Shown one piece after another: positions 38,958 to 49,668 of a stretch of 64,000 nt of DNA. Origin of the DNA: Bacillales bacterium. Its GTDB lineage: Bacteria > Bacillota_I > Bacilli_A > RFN20 > CAG-449. The notes under the pieces are model-generated. The model had not been told where the DNA came from and searched no databases. It saw only the letters and a program-made list of their open reading frames with translations. The position numbers were made by a program, and so were the translations under genes. The first letter of the stretch is position 1, and every line of letters starts with the position of its first letter. Where the stretch lies: positions 3,239 to 67,238 of the forward strand of contig JAQXGN010000055.1 in NCBI GenBank assembly GCA_029006735.1. The letters are read 5' to 3'.

Positions 38958-39824
38958 ATGAAAGTAACATTAAGTCAAAGCATCGGTTATTGTGATGGAA
39001 TTAAATTCACCCTAGAAAATATTAATAAAATTTATAAATCTAATTCTAAAAAAAGGATTCATGTTTTTGGTCATATCGCTCATAATAAAAAAATAATTGA
39101 TTCGCTTAATGAACTTCATTTAGATATTGTAGAAGACTATACAAGATTTAAAAGATTAGTTAAAAAATATGATAAAGATTTAGATATAGTTATATTTGCT
39201 ACTAATGGTATCGATTGTGAAATTGAAACATACTTAAAAGAACAAAAAATTAAATATTATGATTTAACTTGCCCTATTATAAAAAATATGCTTAAGGAAA
39301 TTAAATCGACCTTAAAGAAAAAAATACCAGTTGCTTATTTAGGTAAACAGAATAATCAAACTACAAAAGCAGTTTTATCTTTATCCACTGATATTAAATT
39401 CATTAATATCAATAATCCAAAAGATGAATTAGTTAGTTTAAAAGAAGGGACATATCTTTTCTCTCAAAAATCTAATTCTCAATATGATATATCCCGTATT
39501 ATTGCTAATCTAAAAGAAAAGCAACCGCTTATCCATCTTTGTCATACCCCATGTCAAAAAACAATTGACTTAGAGGATTCATGGTATGAAGTTACTTCAC
39601 AAGAATATTTAATTACTTTAGGAAGTATAAAATCTTCTACTGTCAAAGAAATATTTGAATTATCTCAATCTTTATATCCAGATAGACAACATTTAATATT
39701 TGAAACACTTGAAGAAATTAAAGCATTTGAATTCAATAATCAAAAAAAGATTTTCTTAAATGCTGGTCCAAGTTATTCTCTTGAACAAGTTGAAGAGATT
39801 GTCACTTATCTTCAATCATTATAA
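38958..39824 (+). CDS. divergent IspH/LytB homologue (cluster Cys retained, catalytic residues replaced)
   Basis: By-eye alignment to E. coli and B. subtilis IspH gives: GYCDG (Cys12), IAHN (His41), LTCP (Cys96) and LCHTPCQ (Cys197 region). SAHG is replaced by ATNG, and GHPE by NNQT (39351-39362). Confidence 0.6.
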   Translation: MKVTLSQSIGYCDGIKFTLENINKIYKSNSKKRIHVFGHIAHNKKIIDSLNELHLDIVEDYTRFKRLVKKYDKDLDIVIFATNGIDCEIETYLKEQKIKYYDLTCPIIKNMLKEIKSTLKKKIPVAYLGKQNNQTTKAVLSLSTDIKFININNPKDELVSLKEGTYLFSQKSNSQYDISRIIANLKEKQPLIHLCHTPCQKTIDLEDSWYEVTSQEYLITLGSIKSSTVKEIFELSQSLYPDRQHLIFETLEEIKAFEFNNQKKIFLNAGPSYSLEQVEEIVTYLQSL

Positions 39825-40243
39825 AAATCATCAAGGCAATCAATTTTTAATTCGTAGATATCACTTATCTTAATCTGTTTACGATTTTCTAATATGATTA
39901 CCTTTTTTTGTTGATCATATTTTTTTAAAACTCCTTTTTCAAGATTATAATGGCCTAATGAATCATCTTTTTCTAAGACAAAATATATGATTTTTATTTC
40001 GTTTCTATCCTTTAGATGATTCAATAAATAGTTGATTTTATTAGAAATTAATTCTTTTTCTTCATTGTTTAATTCTTTTTTTCTTTCATAGTATATCCCT
40101 TTTTCTTCAATCGATTCTTCATATCCAGTAAGTGCAGCAAATGGTGCGAATTGACTCGCCCTATCTAATAAAGACATCTTCTTATGATTTTTAGATTCAT
40201 GATGAGGCAAAGAGATTATTTTTTCATATTTAGAATCTATCAT
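39812..40243 (-). CDS. YolD-like protein (accessory to the Y-family polymerase)
   Basis: RASQFAPFAALTGYEE motif. The gene overlaps the upstream polymerase gene by 4 nt, as in the B. subtilis uvrX-yolD and yqjW-yqzH pairs. Confidence 0.65.
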   Translation of the reverse strand: MIDSKYEKIISLPHHESKNHKKMSLLDRASQFAPFAALTGYEESIEEKGIYYERKKELNNEEKELISNKINYLLNHLKDRNEIKIIYFVLEKDDSLGHYNLEKGVLKKYDQQKKVIILENRKQIKISDIYELKIDCLDDFYND

Positions 40244-41757
40244 GCTTTATGGCCTCCAATTTGTTCATTTCGATCTTTACCGGTTGATTTTTCAAAAAAA
40301 TTTGTCCCTTTTAAGATTGAATTTTTACCATATTTTTTCTTAATGGATAAAATAGTTTCCTGCGCTTTTTTCTCTTTTTCTTGGGCTTTTTTATCATTCT
40401 TTTTTCTTTTTTCAAGTGCTTCTTGATCAACAAATAGAGACATCTGAAAATAAGAAGAAGAGACAACATCATTTTCATTTATTACGTTACTAGCAACGAC
40501 ATTAACTCGTCTAATTTTTAAATTAGGATTAACTATTTTTTCATATAGAGCACTTGCATAGCGAGTTAAAAGAGTACTTGAAGAAGTATACTCTTCAAAA
40601 TTTACATGACCTTGAGCAGGTTTTGGAACATTCTTTCCATAAAAATCTTTAGCGATTTGTCCTTTATATGATTTTTTAACCTCTTGATCTAATAAAGATT
40701 GACTATCATATCCTATATAAATACCAATCGCATTTGTCATTAATTTTTTCTCCACTAAAGATAAAGCTAAATTATCAATCATTTCTTTTAAAACAATTAA
40801 TCCATCATCATATGAATATGGTTCTAGTAAAACTTGACCAATACTTAAAGAAGAATTATCTGGTTTGTATGATTTAATATCACTCATTCGACAAGGTTCA
40901 TATCCCCAAGCGTGATCGATTAATAATTCAGCATTAATACCAAATTCTTTATAAAGTAAATCTTCATTATAATAATCATCATTTTTGCCTACTGAACATA
41001 AAGCAATATCGCCCATTGTATATAAACCTAATCGATTTAAACGTTCTTGATATCCTCTTCCGACTCGCCAAAAATCAGTTAAAGGAGTATGAGACCAAAG
41101 CTTTTCTTTATAACTTTTTTCATCTAATGATGCAATTCTAACCCCATCTTGATCAGGTGGAATATGTTTTGCCACAATATCCATCGATACTTTAGCTAAA
41201 TACATATTTGTTCCTATCCCGGCTGTAGCGGTAATACCGGTATTATCTAAAACATCTTTAATCATTGTTCTAGCTAATTCATAGCCAGTCATATTCAAGG
41301 CTTTTAAATATTTAGTCGCATCAATGAATACTTCATCAATTGAATAAACATGAATATCATCTTTCCCGATGTATTTTAAGTATATTTCATAGATTTTCGA
41401 ACTAATTTCAATATATTTTGCCATTCGAGGTTTGGCGATAATAAATGATATTTCATAATCCGAATTATTTTCAAGTTCCAGACTATTTGTTGATTTTTTA
41501 CTAAATTGATGTTTTTTATTTTCTTTTAATCTATTTGAATTGATCTTCTTTACTGTTTGATTAACCTCAAATAAACGAGGTCTACCTGATATTCCTAAGG
41601 CTTTTAAACTTGGTGAAACTGCTAAACATATCGTTTTTTCTGTTCGAGATGAATCAGCAACAACTAAGTTTGTAGTTAATGGATTTAAGTTCCGATCGAC
41701 ACATTCTACTGATGCATAAAATGATTTTAAATCGATACATATGAATACATTTTCCAT
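40240..41757 (-). CDS. Y-family DNA polymerase (UmuC/UvrX/YqjW-like)
   Basis: ICIDLKSFYASVE, SIDEVFID and a little-finger region, with the clamp motif QMSLF near the C-terminus. The start is set at ATG 41757, which follows AGGTGGTG. Confidence 0.8.
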   Translation of the reverse strand: MENVFICIDLKSFYASVECVDRNLNPLTTNLVVADSSRTEKTICLAVSPSLKALGISGRPRLFEVNQTVKKINSNRLKENKKHQFSKKSTNSLELENNSDYEISFIIAKPRMAKYIEISSKIYEIYLKYIGKDDIHVYSIDEVFIDATKYLKALNMTGYELARTMIKDVLDNTGITATAGIGTNMYLAKVSMDIVAKHIPPDQDGVRIASLDEKSYKEKLWSHTPLTDFWRVGRGYQERLNRLGLYTMGDIALCSVGKNDDYYNEDLLYKEFGINAELLIDHAWGYEPCRMSDIKSYKPDNSSLSIGQVLLEPYSYDDGLIVLKEMIDNLALSLVEKKLMTNAIGIYIGYDSQSLLDQEVKKSYKGQIAKDFYGKNVPKPAQGHVNFEEYTSSSTLLTRYASALYEKIVNPNLKIRRVNVVASNVINENDVVSSSYFQMSLFVDQEALEKRKKNDKKAQEKEKKAQETILSIKKKYGKNSILKGTNFFEKSTGKDRNEQIGGHKA

Positions 41758-41837
41758 TAAAATCACCACCTATATTTATTTTACCATATCTTAAAATTGT
41801 GATTAATATTGTTTTATAAAAATTTGATTTTAATATC

Positions 41838-41871
41838 AAAAAAGCAATCAGTATAATTTATACTAATTGCT
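41838..41871 (-). terminator. terminator of trmK (hairpin also has a T-run on the + strand)
   Basis: A 13-bp stem AGCAATTAGTATA/TATACTGATTGCT with one G-U pair is followed by T6 on the - strand. Confidence 0.7.
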
Positions 41872-41879
41872 CAATTTTT

Positions 41880-42536
41880 TTATTGTAATTTTTTAATTAA
41901 TTCATCAATTTCTTGATTAATTTTATTAAGATCATTTATTTTATTTTGAGGTAAATCTTTTGATAATAGAAATTCATTAATCCTTTTTTGATTGATTAAG
42001 TATTCTTTAAAATATTGATTCTTACTCTCTATTAATATATCGTTATAATTTCTTCCTACTACTCCTTTTTGATATAAACAAACATCATAATATTTATTTG
42101 CATCATAACAAGCATCTTGCTTTATTAAACCAAATCCATTATTAATCAAAAGATGATGAACTAATAAACTTTCTCCATGACAAGAAATAACGAAATTATC
42201 GATATTATTAAGTTTTTCTAATGAGGAAGATAAAATATAATTAATAGTTTCTCCACCCATACCAAATATGCAGACAGTTTTGCATGATAATGGAAGATTA
42301 CTTATTCCATCTGATAAAGAACATTCAATTAAATCACTCAAATTAAAATCAATAATATTTCTTTTTAGAATATTAAAAGGACCTAATTTATTTTCTACTG
42401 CAAAACCTTTTTTAGCTATATTATTATTAATTAAATAAGCGATTAAATAGCCATGATCTGCGCCTATATCTGCAACTAATTCGCTTTTAGGAACTAAAGA
42501 AGCACACATTAATAGTCGATTTGATAAATTAATCAT
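41880..42536 (-). CDS. trmK: tRNA (adenine22-N1)-methyltransferase TrmK
   Basis: VADIGADHGYL SAM motif, and a position directly after rpoD like B. subtilis yqfN. Confidence 0.75.
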   Translation of the reverse strand: MINLSNRLLMCASLVPKSELVADIGADHGYLIAYLINNNIAKKGFAVENKLGPFNILKRNIIDFNLSDLIECSLSDGISNLPLSCKTVCIFGMGGETINYILSSSLEKLNNIDNFVISCHGESLLVHHLLINNGFGLIKQDACYDANKYYDVCLYQKGVVGRNYNDILIESKNQYFKEYLINQKRINEFLLSKDLPQNKINDLNKINQEIDELIKKLQ

Positions 42537-42538
42537 AT

Positions 42539-43849
42539 TTATCTATTATTGTCCCTATAATCGCCAAATCTTTTTGCCCTAGAAGGATGTCTTAATTTAC
42601 GGATTGCTTTAGCTTCAATTTGTCTAATTCTTTCTCTAGTAACATTGAATTCTTTACCAACTTCTTCAAGAGTTCTTGGTCTACCATCATCAAGTCCATA
42701 TCTTAATCTTAAAACTCTTTCTTCTCGATCAGTTAACTCTTTCATTACTCTATATAATTCATCTTTTAATAAAGTCTTGGTTGTTGATTCAATTGGAGAT
42801 TGTGCTTCCTTATCTTCTAAGAAATCACCTAAATGAGAATCATCTTCTTCGCCAATTGGAGTTTCTAATGAAACTGGGTCAAGAGCAATTTTTTGAATTT
42901 CTAAGATTCTTTCTGGAGATAATCTATTCGCAGGATCCATTCTATCGGAAATTTCTTGTGCAGTTGGTTCTCTACCTAATTCTTGAATTAATTGTCTTTG
43001 ATAACGAGTAATTTTATTGATTGTTTCAACCATATGAACAGGAATTCTAATCGTTCTAGCTTGGTCAGCAATTGCTCTAGTAATAGCTTGTCTAATCCAC
43101 CATGTAGCGTATGTTGAAAATTTAAACCCTTTAGTATAATCAAATTTTTCAACTGCTTTAATTAATCCTAGATTACCTTCTTGAATTAAATCTAAGAATA
43201 ACATACCTCTACCAACATAATGTTTAGCAATAGAAACAACTAATCTTAAGTTAGCTTGAGTTAATTCTTGTTTTGCATCATCATCGCCTTCTTTAATACG
43301 AATAGCTAATTCTTTTTCTTTTTCTGGAGTTAATAAGCGGACTTTTCCGATTTCTTTTAGATACATTTTAACAGGGTCATTAACTTTTACACCTTCAGAA
43401 ATTAAAGAATCATAGTCAAAGTCTTCTACGCTATCAATCACTTCATCAGCGTTAAAACCACTATCATCATCAACATCTAATAACATATCATCTTCAAATG
43501 AACCGTTATTCATTTTTGATTCATCAAAATCGATATCATCTAAACTTTCGTCTTCTTCAGGACAAATAACTTCAATTTTCTTTGATTTAAAATAATTAAT
43601 TAAAGCATCTAATTCATCTTCACTTAATTCAAATTTTTGGAAAGCAAGAGCAACTTCTTCTTGATCTAAAACATGCGTTGATTCTGCATCTTTTTCAAAT
43701 TTTAATTTTAAAGAATTAATTGCTTTTTGACGTTCTTTCTTTTCTTGTTCATCATCAACATCTGGAATTGGAGTATCATCAAATACTTCATCCTCATCTT
43801 CTAATTCATCCATTTCTTCTTCAATAACAACTTTCTTTTTTCTACCCAT
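42539..43849 (-). CDS. rpoD: primary sigma factor RpoD/SigA with an acidic N-terminal expansion
   Basis: Regions 2-4 are readable ([61 protein letters not shown]). dnaG-rpoD operon. Confidence 0.95.
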   Translation of the reverse strand: MGRKKKVVIEEEMDELEDEDEVFDDTPIPDVDDEQEKKERQKAINSLKLKFEKDAESTHVLDQEEVALAFQKFELSEDELDALINYFKSKKIEVICPEEDESLDDIDFDESKMNNGSFEDDMLLDVDDDSGFNADEVIDSVEDFDYDSLISEGVKVNDPVKMYLKEIGKVRLLTPEKEKELAIRIKEGDDDAKQELTQANLRLVVSIAKHYVGRGMLFLDLIQEGNLGLIKAVEKFDYTKGFKFSTYATWWIRQAITRAIADQARTIRIPVHMVETINKITRYQRQLIQELGREPTAQEISDRMDPANRLSPERILEIQKIALDPVSLETPIGEEDDSHLGDFLEDKEAQSPIESTTKTLLKDELYRVMKELTDREERVLRLRYGLDDGRPRTLEEVGKEFNVTRERIRQIEAKAIRKLRHPSRAKRFGDYRDNNR

Positions 43850-45618
43850 TAATTTTGCTCCTTTCCTTCATCAAAATATTTTTGACAAATTAATGCTTTT
43901 TCCTTCTCTGTTTTCCCATCTATACTATTATAGAATTGGTTATCACGATTCTTTTTAATAATTTGTTTTTTCATTCTATCTAAATACTCTAACATGTATT
44001 CTTTATTGTATTCTGGATTAAAACGCGTTGTTTCTAATAAATCTGTGACTAAAGTAATGACTTTTTTGGAATAATCACTATTTGATTGAGATAAAGAAGT
44101 GATTAATTCACTTGTAGAAAATTCTCCTTTAGTCTCATATAAATCAATGATGTAATTTGCTAAATAATCATAAATTTTGTCAAAAAAGTACGCTCCTTGT
44201 TCTTTATACACATCGATTGCTTCATTATTTGTTAACATAAAATAAGCAACTTCACTTTGTAAAAGTTCTAAATTTTTGATTGTTCTTCTTTGATTACCCT
44301 TAACATATAAAGTATTGAAATCAATATGGGTATCTACAATATTATTACTAATCAAAGATTGATAGACTTTTTTATCAATACCTGTTTCTTTACATACTTT
44401 ATCTATTAACATTTCTTTTTCTAAAACGTTTGTTGTATTAGATATATGTGGGATTAATGCTTCTGCGAACATTTTTCTTCCATTAAGAGTTGTTGTATCA
44501 TATTGTTTTTTTAAAAAATTATAAATGAAATCGTTCTTATCAATTATTCGATTTAAAAACTTGAATAAAATATCTTTACCATATTTTTGTAATATTTCAT
44601 CAGGATCTAGAGTGCATTCTTTATAATTTACAACTTTATAATCAATACCTTCTTTTTCTAATACTTCTCCTGCTTTAATCATTGCCTTTTGTCCAGCATT
44701 ATCTCCATCAAGACATAAAACAATTTCTACATTTAATTTTTTTAATAATTTAGCATGATATTGAGTAAATGCTGTACCCATTAACGCTACTGCACATCTA
44801 ATACCTGCTTCATATAATGCAAAGACATCCATAAAACCTTCAGTTACATAAACACGTTGTTCTCTCTTTGCTTCATTTTTAGCATTTTGATAATTATAAA
44901 TAACTTTTGATTTATTAAATACGATTGTATTAGGTGAATTAACATATTTTGCTTCATCATTATCTTCAATTTTCCTACCAGAAAAACCAACAACATCGTT
45001 AAATTCATTATAAATTGGAAATATTAATCGATTATTAAAGCGATCAATAAATGAATCATTTTGTCTTGCTAAAATACCTGCATTACTAATCTCTTCAATA
45101 TCAAATCCTTTATTTCTCAATAACTTAATTGGCAGCTCTGGATTAGAAGAAGAAAAACCTAACCCAAAATATTCTTGCTTTTCTAGAGGAATATTACGTG
45201 ATTCTAAATACTTTTTTGCTTTTACACCATCATTTGATTTAAGTAAGTATTGATAAATTTCATTACTTGCTTTTAATACATCAAGAATCTTCTTTGTTCC
45301 TTCATTTATTACTCTTGTAGGTTTATTTAATAATGGATCAGTGAAACCAATCATTTCTGCAACTTTTCTAACTGCATCCATGAAAGAAATATGCTCATAT
45401 TCTGAGACAAATGTAAATACATTACCCCCTGATCCACAAACGAAGCATTTATAGATTTGTTTACTTTTGGAAATATGAAGTGATGGATCATGATCAGCAT
45501 GAAATGGACATATAGCAACATATGAATTACCTTTTTTTATAACATTAATGTAACTCGATATGATTTGAACTATATCGGCTTTTTCTTGTATTTTTGCAAT
45601 TAATTCATCAGTAATCAT
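43849..45618 (-). CDS. dnaG: DNA primase
   Basis: Zinc ribbon [10 protein letters not shown]...CFVCG and TOPRIM ([15 protein letters not shown]). Confidence 0.9.
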   Translation of the reverse strand: MITDELIAKIQEKADIVQIISSYINVIKKGNSYVAICPFHADHDPSLHISKSKQIYKCFVCGSGGNVFTFVSEYEHISFMDAVRKVAEMIGFTDPLLNKPTRVINEGTKKILDVLKASNEIYQYLLKSNDGVKAKKYLESRNIPLEKQEYFGLGFSSSNPELPIKLLRNKGFDIEEISNAGILARQNDSFIDRFNNRLIFPIYNEFNDVVGFSGRKIEDNDEAKYVNSPNTIVFNKSKVIYNYQNAKNEAKREQRVYVTEGFMDVFALYEAGIRCAVALMGTAFTQYHAKLLKKLNVEIVLCLDGDNAGQKAMIKAGEVLEKEGIDYKVVNYKECTLDPDEILQKYGKDILFKFLNRIIDKNDFIYNFLKKQYDTTTLNGRKMFAEALIPHISNTTNVLEKEMLIDKVCKETGIDKKVYQSLISNNIVDTHIDFNTLYVKGNQRRTIKNLELLQSEVAYFMLTNNEAIDVYKEQGAYFFDKIYDYLANYIIDLYETKGEFSTSELITSLSQSNSDYSKKVITLVTDLLETTRFNPEYNKEYMLEYLDRMKKQIIKKNRDNQFYNSIDGKTEKEKALICQKYFDEGKEQN

Positions 45619-45644
45619 CTATTATAAAATGCTCCTCAATCGTA

Positions 45645-47012
45645 TTAGATACGACATTTATCTTGTAAATAAGATGCTAATTCATCGATTGGTAATCTAA
45701 TTTGTTCCATCGAATCACGATCTCTAACAGTAACACAATTATCATTTTCAGTATCAAAGTCAACTGTAATACAGAATGGAGTTCCAATTGCATCTTGTCG
45801 ACGATAACGTTTTCCAATTGAACCAGTTTCATCATATGTGACAGAAACATATTTTGCTAAAGCATTTGTAATTTCCATTGCTTTATCACCTAATTTCTTA
45901 CTTAAAGGTAAGATTGCAGCCTTGTATGGTGCAACTGCAGGATGTAAATGCATAACAACACGAGTATCATTTTCTAATTGTTCGACATCATAAGATTCAC
46001 ACATTAAGACTAATGCTAAACGATCTGCACCTAAAGCTGGTTCAACACAATATGGAATATATTTTTCATTAGTAATTGGGTCTAAATATCTTAAATCTTC
46101 ACCAGAATATTTCATATGACGTCCTAAATCATAATCAGTTCTATCTGCAATACCCCATAATTCACCCCAACCAAATGGGAATAAATATTCAATATCAGTA
46201 GTTGCAACACTATAGAATGCTAATGCTTTTTTATCATGGTCTCTATATCTTAAATTTTCAGGTTTAATATTTAAGTTATATAAGAATTCCATACAATATT
46301 TTTTCCAATATTCAAACCATTCTAAATCTGTACCAGGTTTACAGAAAAATTCCATTTCCATTTGTTCAAATTCACGAATACGGAAAATAAAATTACCTGG
46401 AGTAATCTCATTTCTAAATGATTTTCCAATATCACAAATACCTAATGGTAATTTCTTTCTTGTTGTTCTAACAACATTTGCAAAGTTAATAAATAAGCCT
46501 TGAGCTGTTTCAGGACGTAAATATACTTCACTCTTAGAGTCTTCTGTAACACCAATATGAGTTTTAAACATCAATTGGAATTGACGAATATCAGTAAAAT
46601 TAGAATTTCCACACTTTGGACATTTTACAGTATGTTCTTTAACAAATTGCATTAATTGTTCATTTGACCAACCATCACAACTAATGCCAAATTGTTCTTC
46701 AATTAAATTATCTGCTCTATGACGTGATTTACATGATTTACAATCTATCAATGGATCAGAGAAATTAGCAACGTGACCTGTTGCTTCCCATACTTTTGTA
46801 TTCATGATAATTGCAGGATCTAAGCCAACATTCATTGGTTGTTCAATAACGAATTTTTTCCACCAAATATCTTTAATATTTCTTTTAAATAAAACTCCTA
46901 ATGGACCATAGTCCCAAGAATTAGATAGTCCTCCATAAATTTGAGAACCAGGAAAAACATATCCAGAGACTTGTAAGTGATTTACAATCTCATCAAATTT
47001 ATAATTTGACAT
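45645..47012 (-). CDS. glyQS: glycyl-tRNA synthetase (single-chain alpha2 type)
   Basis: Class II motifs ([25 protein letters not shown]), 455 aa. Confidence 0.9.
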   Translation of the reverse strand: MSNYKFDEIVNHLQVSGYVFPGSQIYGGLSNSWDYGPLGVLFKRNIKDIWWKKFVIEQPMNVGLDPAIIMNTKVWEATGHVANFSDPLIDCKSCKSRHRADNLIEEQFGISCDGWSNEQLMQFVKEHTVKCPKCGNSNFTDIRQFQLMFKTHIGVTEDSKSEVYLRPETAQGLFINFANVVRTTRKKLPLGICDIGKSFRNEITPGNFIFRIREFEQMEMEFFCKPGTDLEWFEYWKKYCMEFLYNLNIKPENLRYRDHDKKALAFYSVATTDIEYLFPFGWGELWGIADRTDYDLGRHMKYSGEDLRYLDPITNEKYIPYCVEPALGADRLALVLMCESYDVEQLENDTRVVMHLHPAVAPYKAAILPLSKKLGDKAMEITNALAKYVSVTYDETGSIGKRYRRQDAIGTPFCITVDFDTENDNCVTVRDRDSMEQIRLPIDELASYLQDKCRI

Positions 47013-47093
47013 ATAATACCTCCTAAAACGAAATCTTTTCTATACTATTAAAAATATGGTTGTGTTGTCAACCTATTTTGAGTGTATTTTTAG

Positions 47094-47816
47094 TTATAAG
47101 CTATTTTTATAGATATCTAATGCTTTGAATTCTTTTAAATCAAAACTTGATAGTAAATATGAAGAAAATTCATCAATTAATTTAATTGCTATATCTTTTT
47201 TTAATGTATAATGATCCATTAATTCTGGTGAAACCTTGAAAACATAACGATATGATTTTAAAAGAATAGATGATGATAATTCCTTTATATCATTCGCACA
47301 TTTTTGGCAAATAAATCCACCTTCTTTATACGAAAAAGAGACAATATTACGTTTTGCACCGCAATTTATACAGGAATTATATTCTAATGCATATCCAGAA
47401 TTATTAATAATCTGTGCTAAACAGATGGCAACTAACGTTAATGAGTCATAATTTTCACCTAATAAACGTAATAAATTATAAAAATAAGGATATAGTACAC
47501 CATTTTCTTCATCTAAACATTTAATAAGAACTTCCGATATAAGTTGCATTGCTGCCATTTTTTCTAATGAATCAAACATTAAATAACTTGATTTTATTAA
47601 TTTACCTTGCGTTAAAGTCAATTTATCTTGACGTGAAGACAAAGTAAAAGATGAATAAGCAAATAATAAACAACTTGCAGCATTCTTGCTAGTTGGTGAC
47701 AAAATTCCACGTGCTAAAAAAGAGACAGTTCCATCTTTTGTTAAGACCGAAACCATCGCATCCTTTTCTTTATATTGAACTTGTTTAATTACAATGCCTT
47801 CAATCTCAATAATCAT
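47094..47816 (-). CDS. recO: DNA repair protein RecO
   Basis: OB-fold N-terminus, zinc motif CINCG...CQKC, and era-recO synteny. Confidence 0.85.
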   Translation of the reverse strand: MIIEIEGIVIKQVQYKEKDAMVSVLTKDGTVSFLARGILSPTSKNAASCLLFAYSSFTLSSRQDKLTLTQGKLIKSSYLMFDSLEKMAAMQLISEVLIKCLDEENGVLYPYFYNLLRLLGENYDSLTLVAICLAQIINNSGYALEYNSCINCGAKRNIVSFSYKEGGFICQKCANDIKELSSSILLKSYRYVFKVSPELMDHYTLKKDIAIKLIDEFSSYLLSSFDLKEFKALDIYKNSL

Positions 47817-47822
47817 ATTTAT

Positions 47823-48710
47823 CTACTCTTCTTCAGTATATCCAAATTCTTTTAAATAGTTTGATGAATCTCTCCATTTTTCCTCAACACGAACAAATGT
47901 TTTTAAATTTACTTTTCTTCGTAATAAATCTTCTATTTCTTTTCTAGATGTCATACCAATCTTTTTTAACATTTTTCCTTGGTGTCCAATAATAATACCT
48001 TTTTGCGATGACTTTTCACAAATAATTGTTGCATCAATATGCATAGTATCATTAATTTTACTCATTTGATCAATTTTAACCGCAACACAATGAGGAACTT
48101 CTGCTTGTAAAAACAATAATACTTTTTCTCGAATTATTTCACTGATTAAAAAAGAAACGGGATGATCTGATTTCATATCTTCTGGATAAAAAGCATAACC
48201 ATCTTGTAATACATTTTTAATTTCTCTAATTAAAACATCAATATTAAAATCTCTAATCGCTGAAATCTCGATTAGTTTTGCTTTAGGAAATAATTCTTGA
48301 TATTTCTCTTTTAAATGTTTAATCAAAATGTGGTTTGTTAAATCGATTTTGTTAAAAACAACAAATAGAGGGCAATCAACATTTTGTAGTGAAGAAGCAA
48401 TTGGACCATCTTTTTCCTCATTATATGGATTACCCGCATCAATTAATAATATAAGTGCATCGATTCCATTTAAAGAACCATATGCTTGCTTATTCATAAA
48501 CTTATCCAATTTTTGATGGGGAATTAAAATACCCGGAGTATCGATAAAAACAATTTGTGAATCTTTATCATTATAAATTCCTTGAATTGCATTTCTAGTT
48601 GTTTGTGGTTTAGGTGTTGCAATAGAAATTTTTGATTTGATGATTTTATTGATTAAAGTCGATTTACCTGCATTAGTTTTCCCAACAATTGATACAAATC
48701 CTGACTTCAT
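47823..48710 (-). CDS. era: GTPase Era
   Basis: GKTNAGKST, DTPG and NKID motifs plus a KH domain (IIGHQGKMLKKIG). Confidence 0.9.
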   Translation of the reverse strand: MKSGFVSIVGKTNAGKSTLINKIIKSKISIATPKPQTTRNAIQGIYNDKDSQIVFIDTPGILIPHQKLDKFMNKQAYGSLNGIDALILLIDAGNPYNEEKDGPIASSLQNVDCPLFVVFNKIDLTNHILIKHLKEKYQELFPKAKLIEISAIRDFNIDVLIREIKNVLQDGYAFYPEDMKSDHPVSFLISEIIREKVLLFLQAEVPHCVAVKIDQMSKINDTMHIDATIICEKSSQKGIIIGHQGKMLKKIGMTSRKEIEDLLRRKVNLKTFVRVEEKWRDSSNYLKEFGYTEEE

Positions 48711-48713
48711 ACT

Positions 48714-49115
48714 CTACTCCATACTTTCACTTGTAAAAATACAAGGTAATAATTCTTTTAACGATGATTTAAGTTTCTTTCCATTATTAGTCGCGACAAT
48801 AACTGGTGCGTCTAATGGAAATAATTCAGAAAGAACTTGACGACATGCTCCACAAGGATAAGGTAAATCATTTGCATCTGCAGTAATCGCAATAGCCACC
48901 ATATCTTCTTTCTTAATGCCTTTTAATATAGCTTGGAAAATCGCGTTTCTTTCTGCACACATTGATAATCCATAAGAAGCATTTTCAATATTCGCACCTA
49001 AAATATAAGAGCCATCTTTTAATAAAATAGCTGCTCCTACTGCAAAATGTGAATATGGTGAATATGATAGTTTTTGTGCTTCAATTGCTTTATTTATTAA
49101 TTCTAACTCGTTCAT
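48714..49115 (-). CDS. cdd: cytidine deaminase
   Basis: CAERNA and PCGACRQ zinc motifs, 133 aa. Confidence 0.9.
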   Translation of the reverse strand: MNELELINKAIEAQKLSYSPYSHFAVGAAILLKDGSYILGANIENASYGLSMCAERNAIFQAILKGIKKEDMVAIAITADANDLPYPCGACRQVLSELFPLDAPVIVATNNGKKLKSSLKELLPCIFTSESME

Positions 49116-49124
49116 TTTTCTCTC

Positions 49125-49589
49125 CTATAAACCAAGTATTTCCATGATTTCATCTTGAATTTTAAACATTTCTTTTTCTTCATCTTCCGACATATGATCA
49201 TATCCTAAAAGATGCAATAATCCATGACAAGTTAAGAAAGATATTTCTCGATCTTGTGAATGTCCATAATCCTCTGCTTGTTTTTCCATAACTTCTTTAC
49301 AAATAAAGATTTCGCCTAAATCTCGAGGTAAGCTAGATGATTTAATAATCTTAGTTTCACCTTCATAATCATCTTCAAATGCAAAAGAAATTACATCTGT
49401 TGGACGATCTATATGACGATACTCCTTGTTAATTCTATGTATCTCATCAATATTAACAATATTAATTTCAAATATAAAATAACCATCTAAATTTAAATGT
49501 TTAAATAATACTTCAGCAATATGATAAAAATATGCTTTATCATATTTTTCTAAACTAGTATCATTTTGAAAAGACATTTCAATTTCCAT
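49125..49589 (-). CDS. ybeY: rRNA maturation endoribonuclease YbeY
   Basis: HGLLHLLGYDH metal motif. The start could be the downstream ATG (MSFQND). Confidence 0.85.
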   Translation of the reverse strand: MEIEMSFQNDTSLEKYDKAYFYHIAEVLFKHLNLDGYFIFEINIVNIDEIHRINKEYRHIDRPTDVISFAFEDDYEGETKIIKSSSLPRDLGEIFICKEVMEKQAEDYGHSQDREISFLTCHGLLHLLGYDHMSEDEEKEMFKIQDEIMEILGL

Positions 49590-49668
49590 ATAAAAAAACC
49601 TCGCAATTTAGTATAACATAAATTACAAGATTTTAAAATTTATTTTAAAAATATTCGATTATTATCTA

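Noticed and set aside
42676-43011. A 111-aa ORF antisense to rpoD (and the 63-aa ORF at 42645-42836).
   Set aside because: It lies entirely inside a highly conserved gene, its product is Leu-rich and low-complexity, and it has no SD. This is a typical shadow ORF opposite a Glu/Lys/Leu-rich coding frame.
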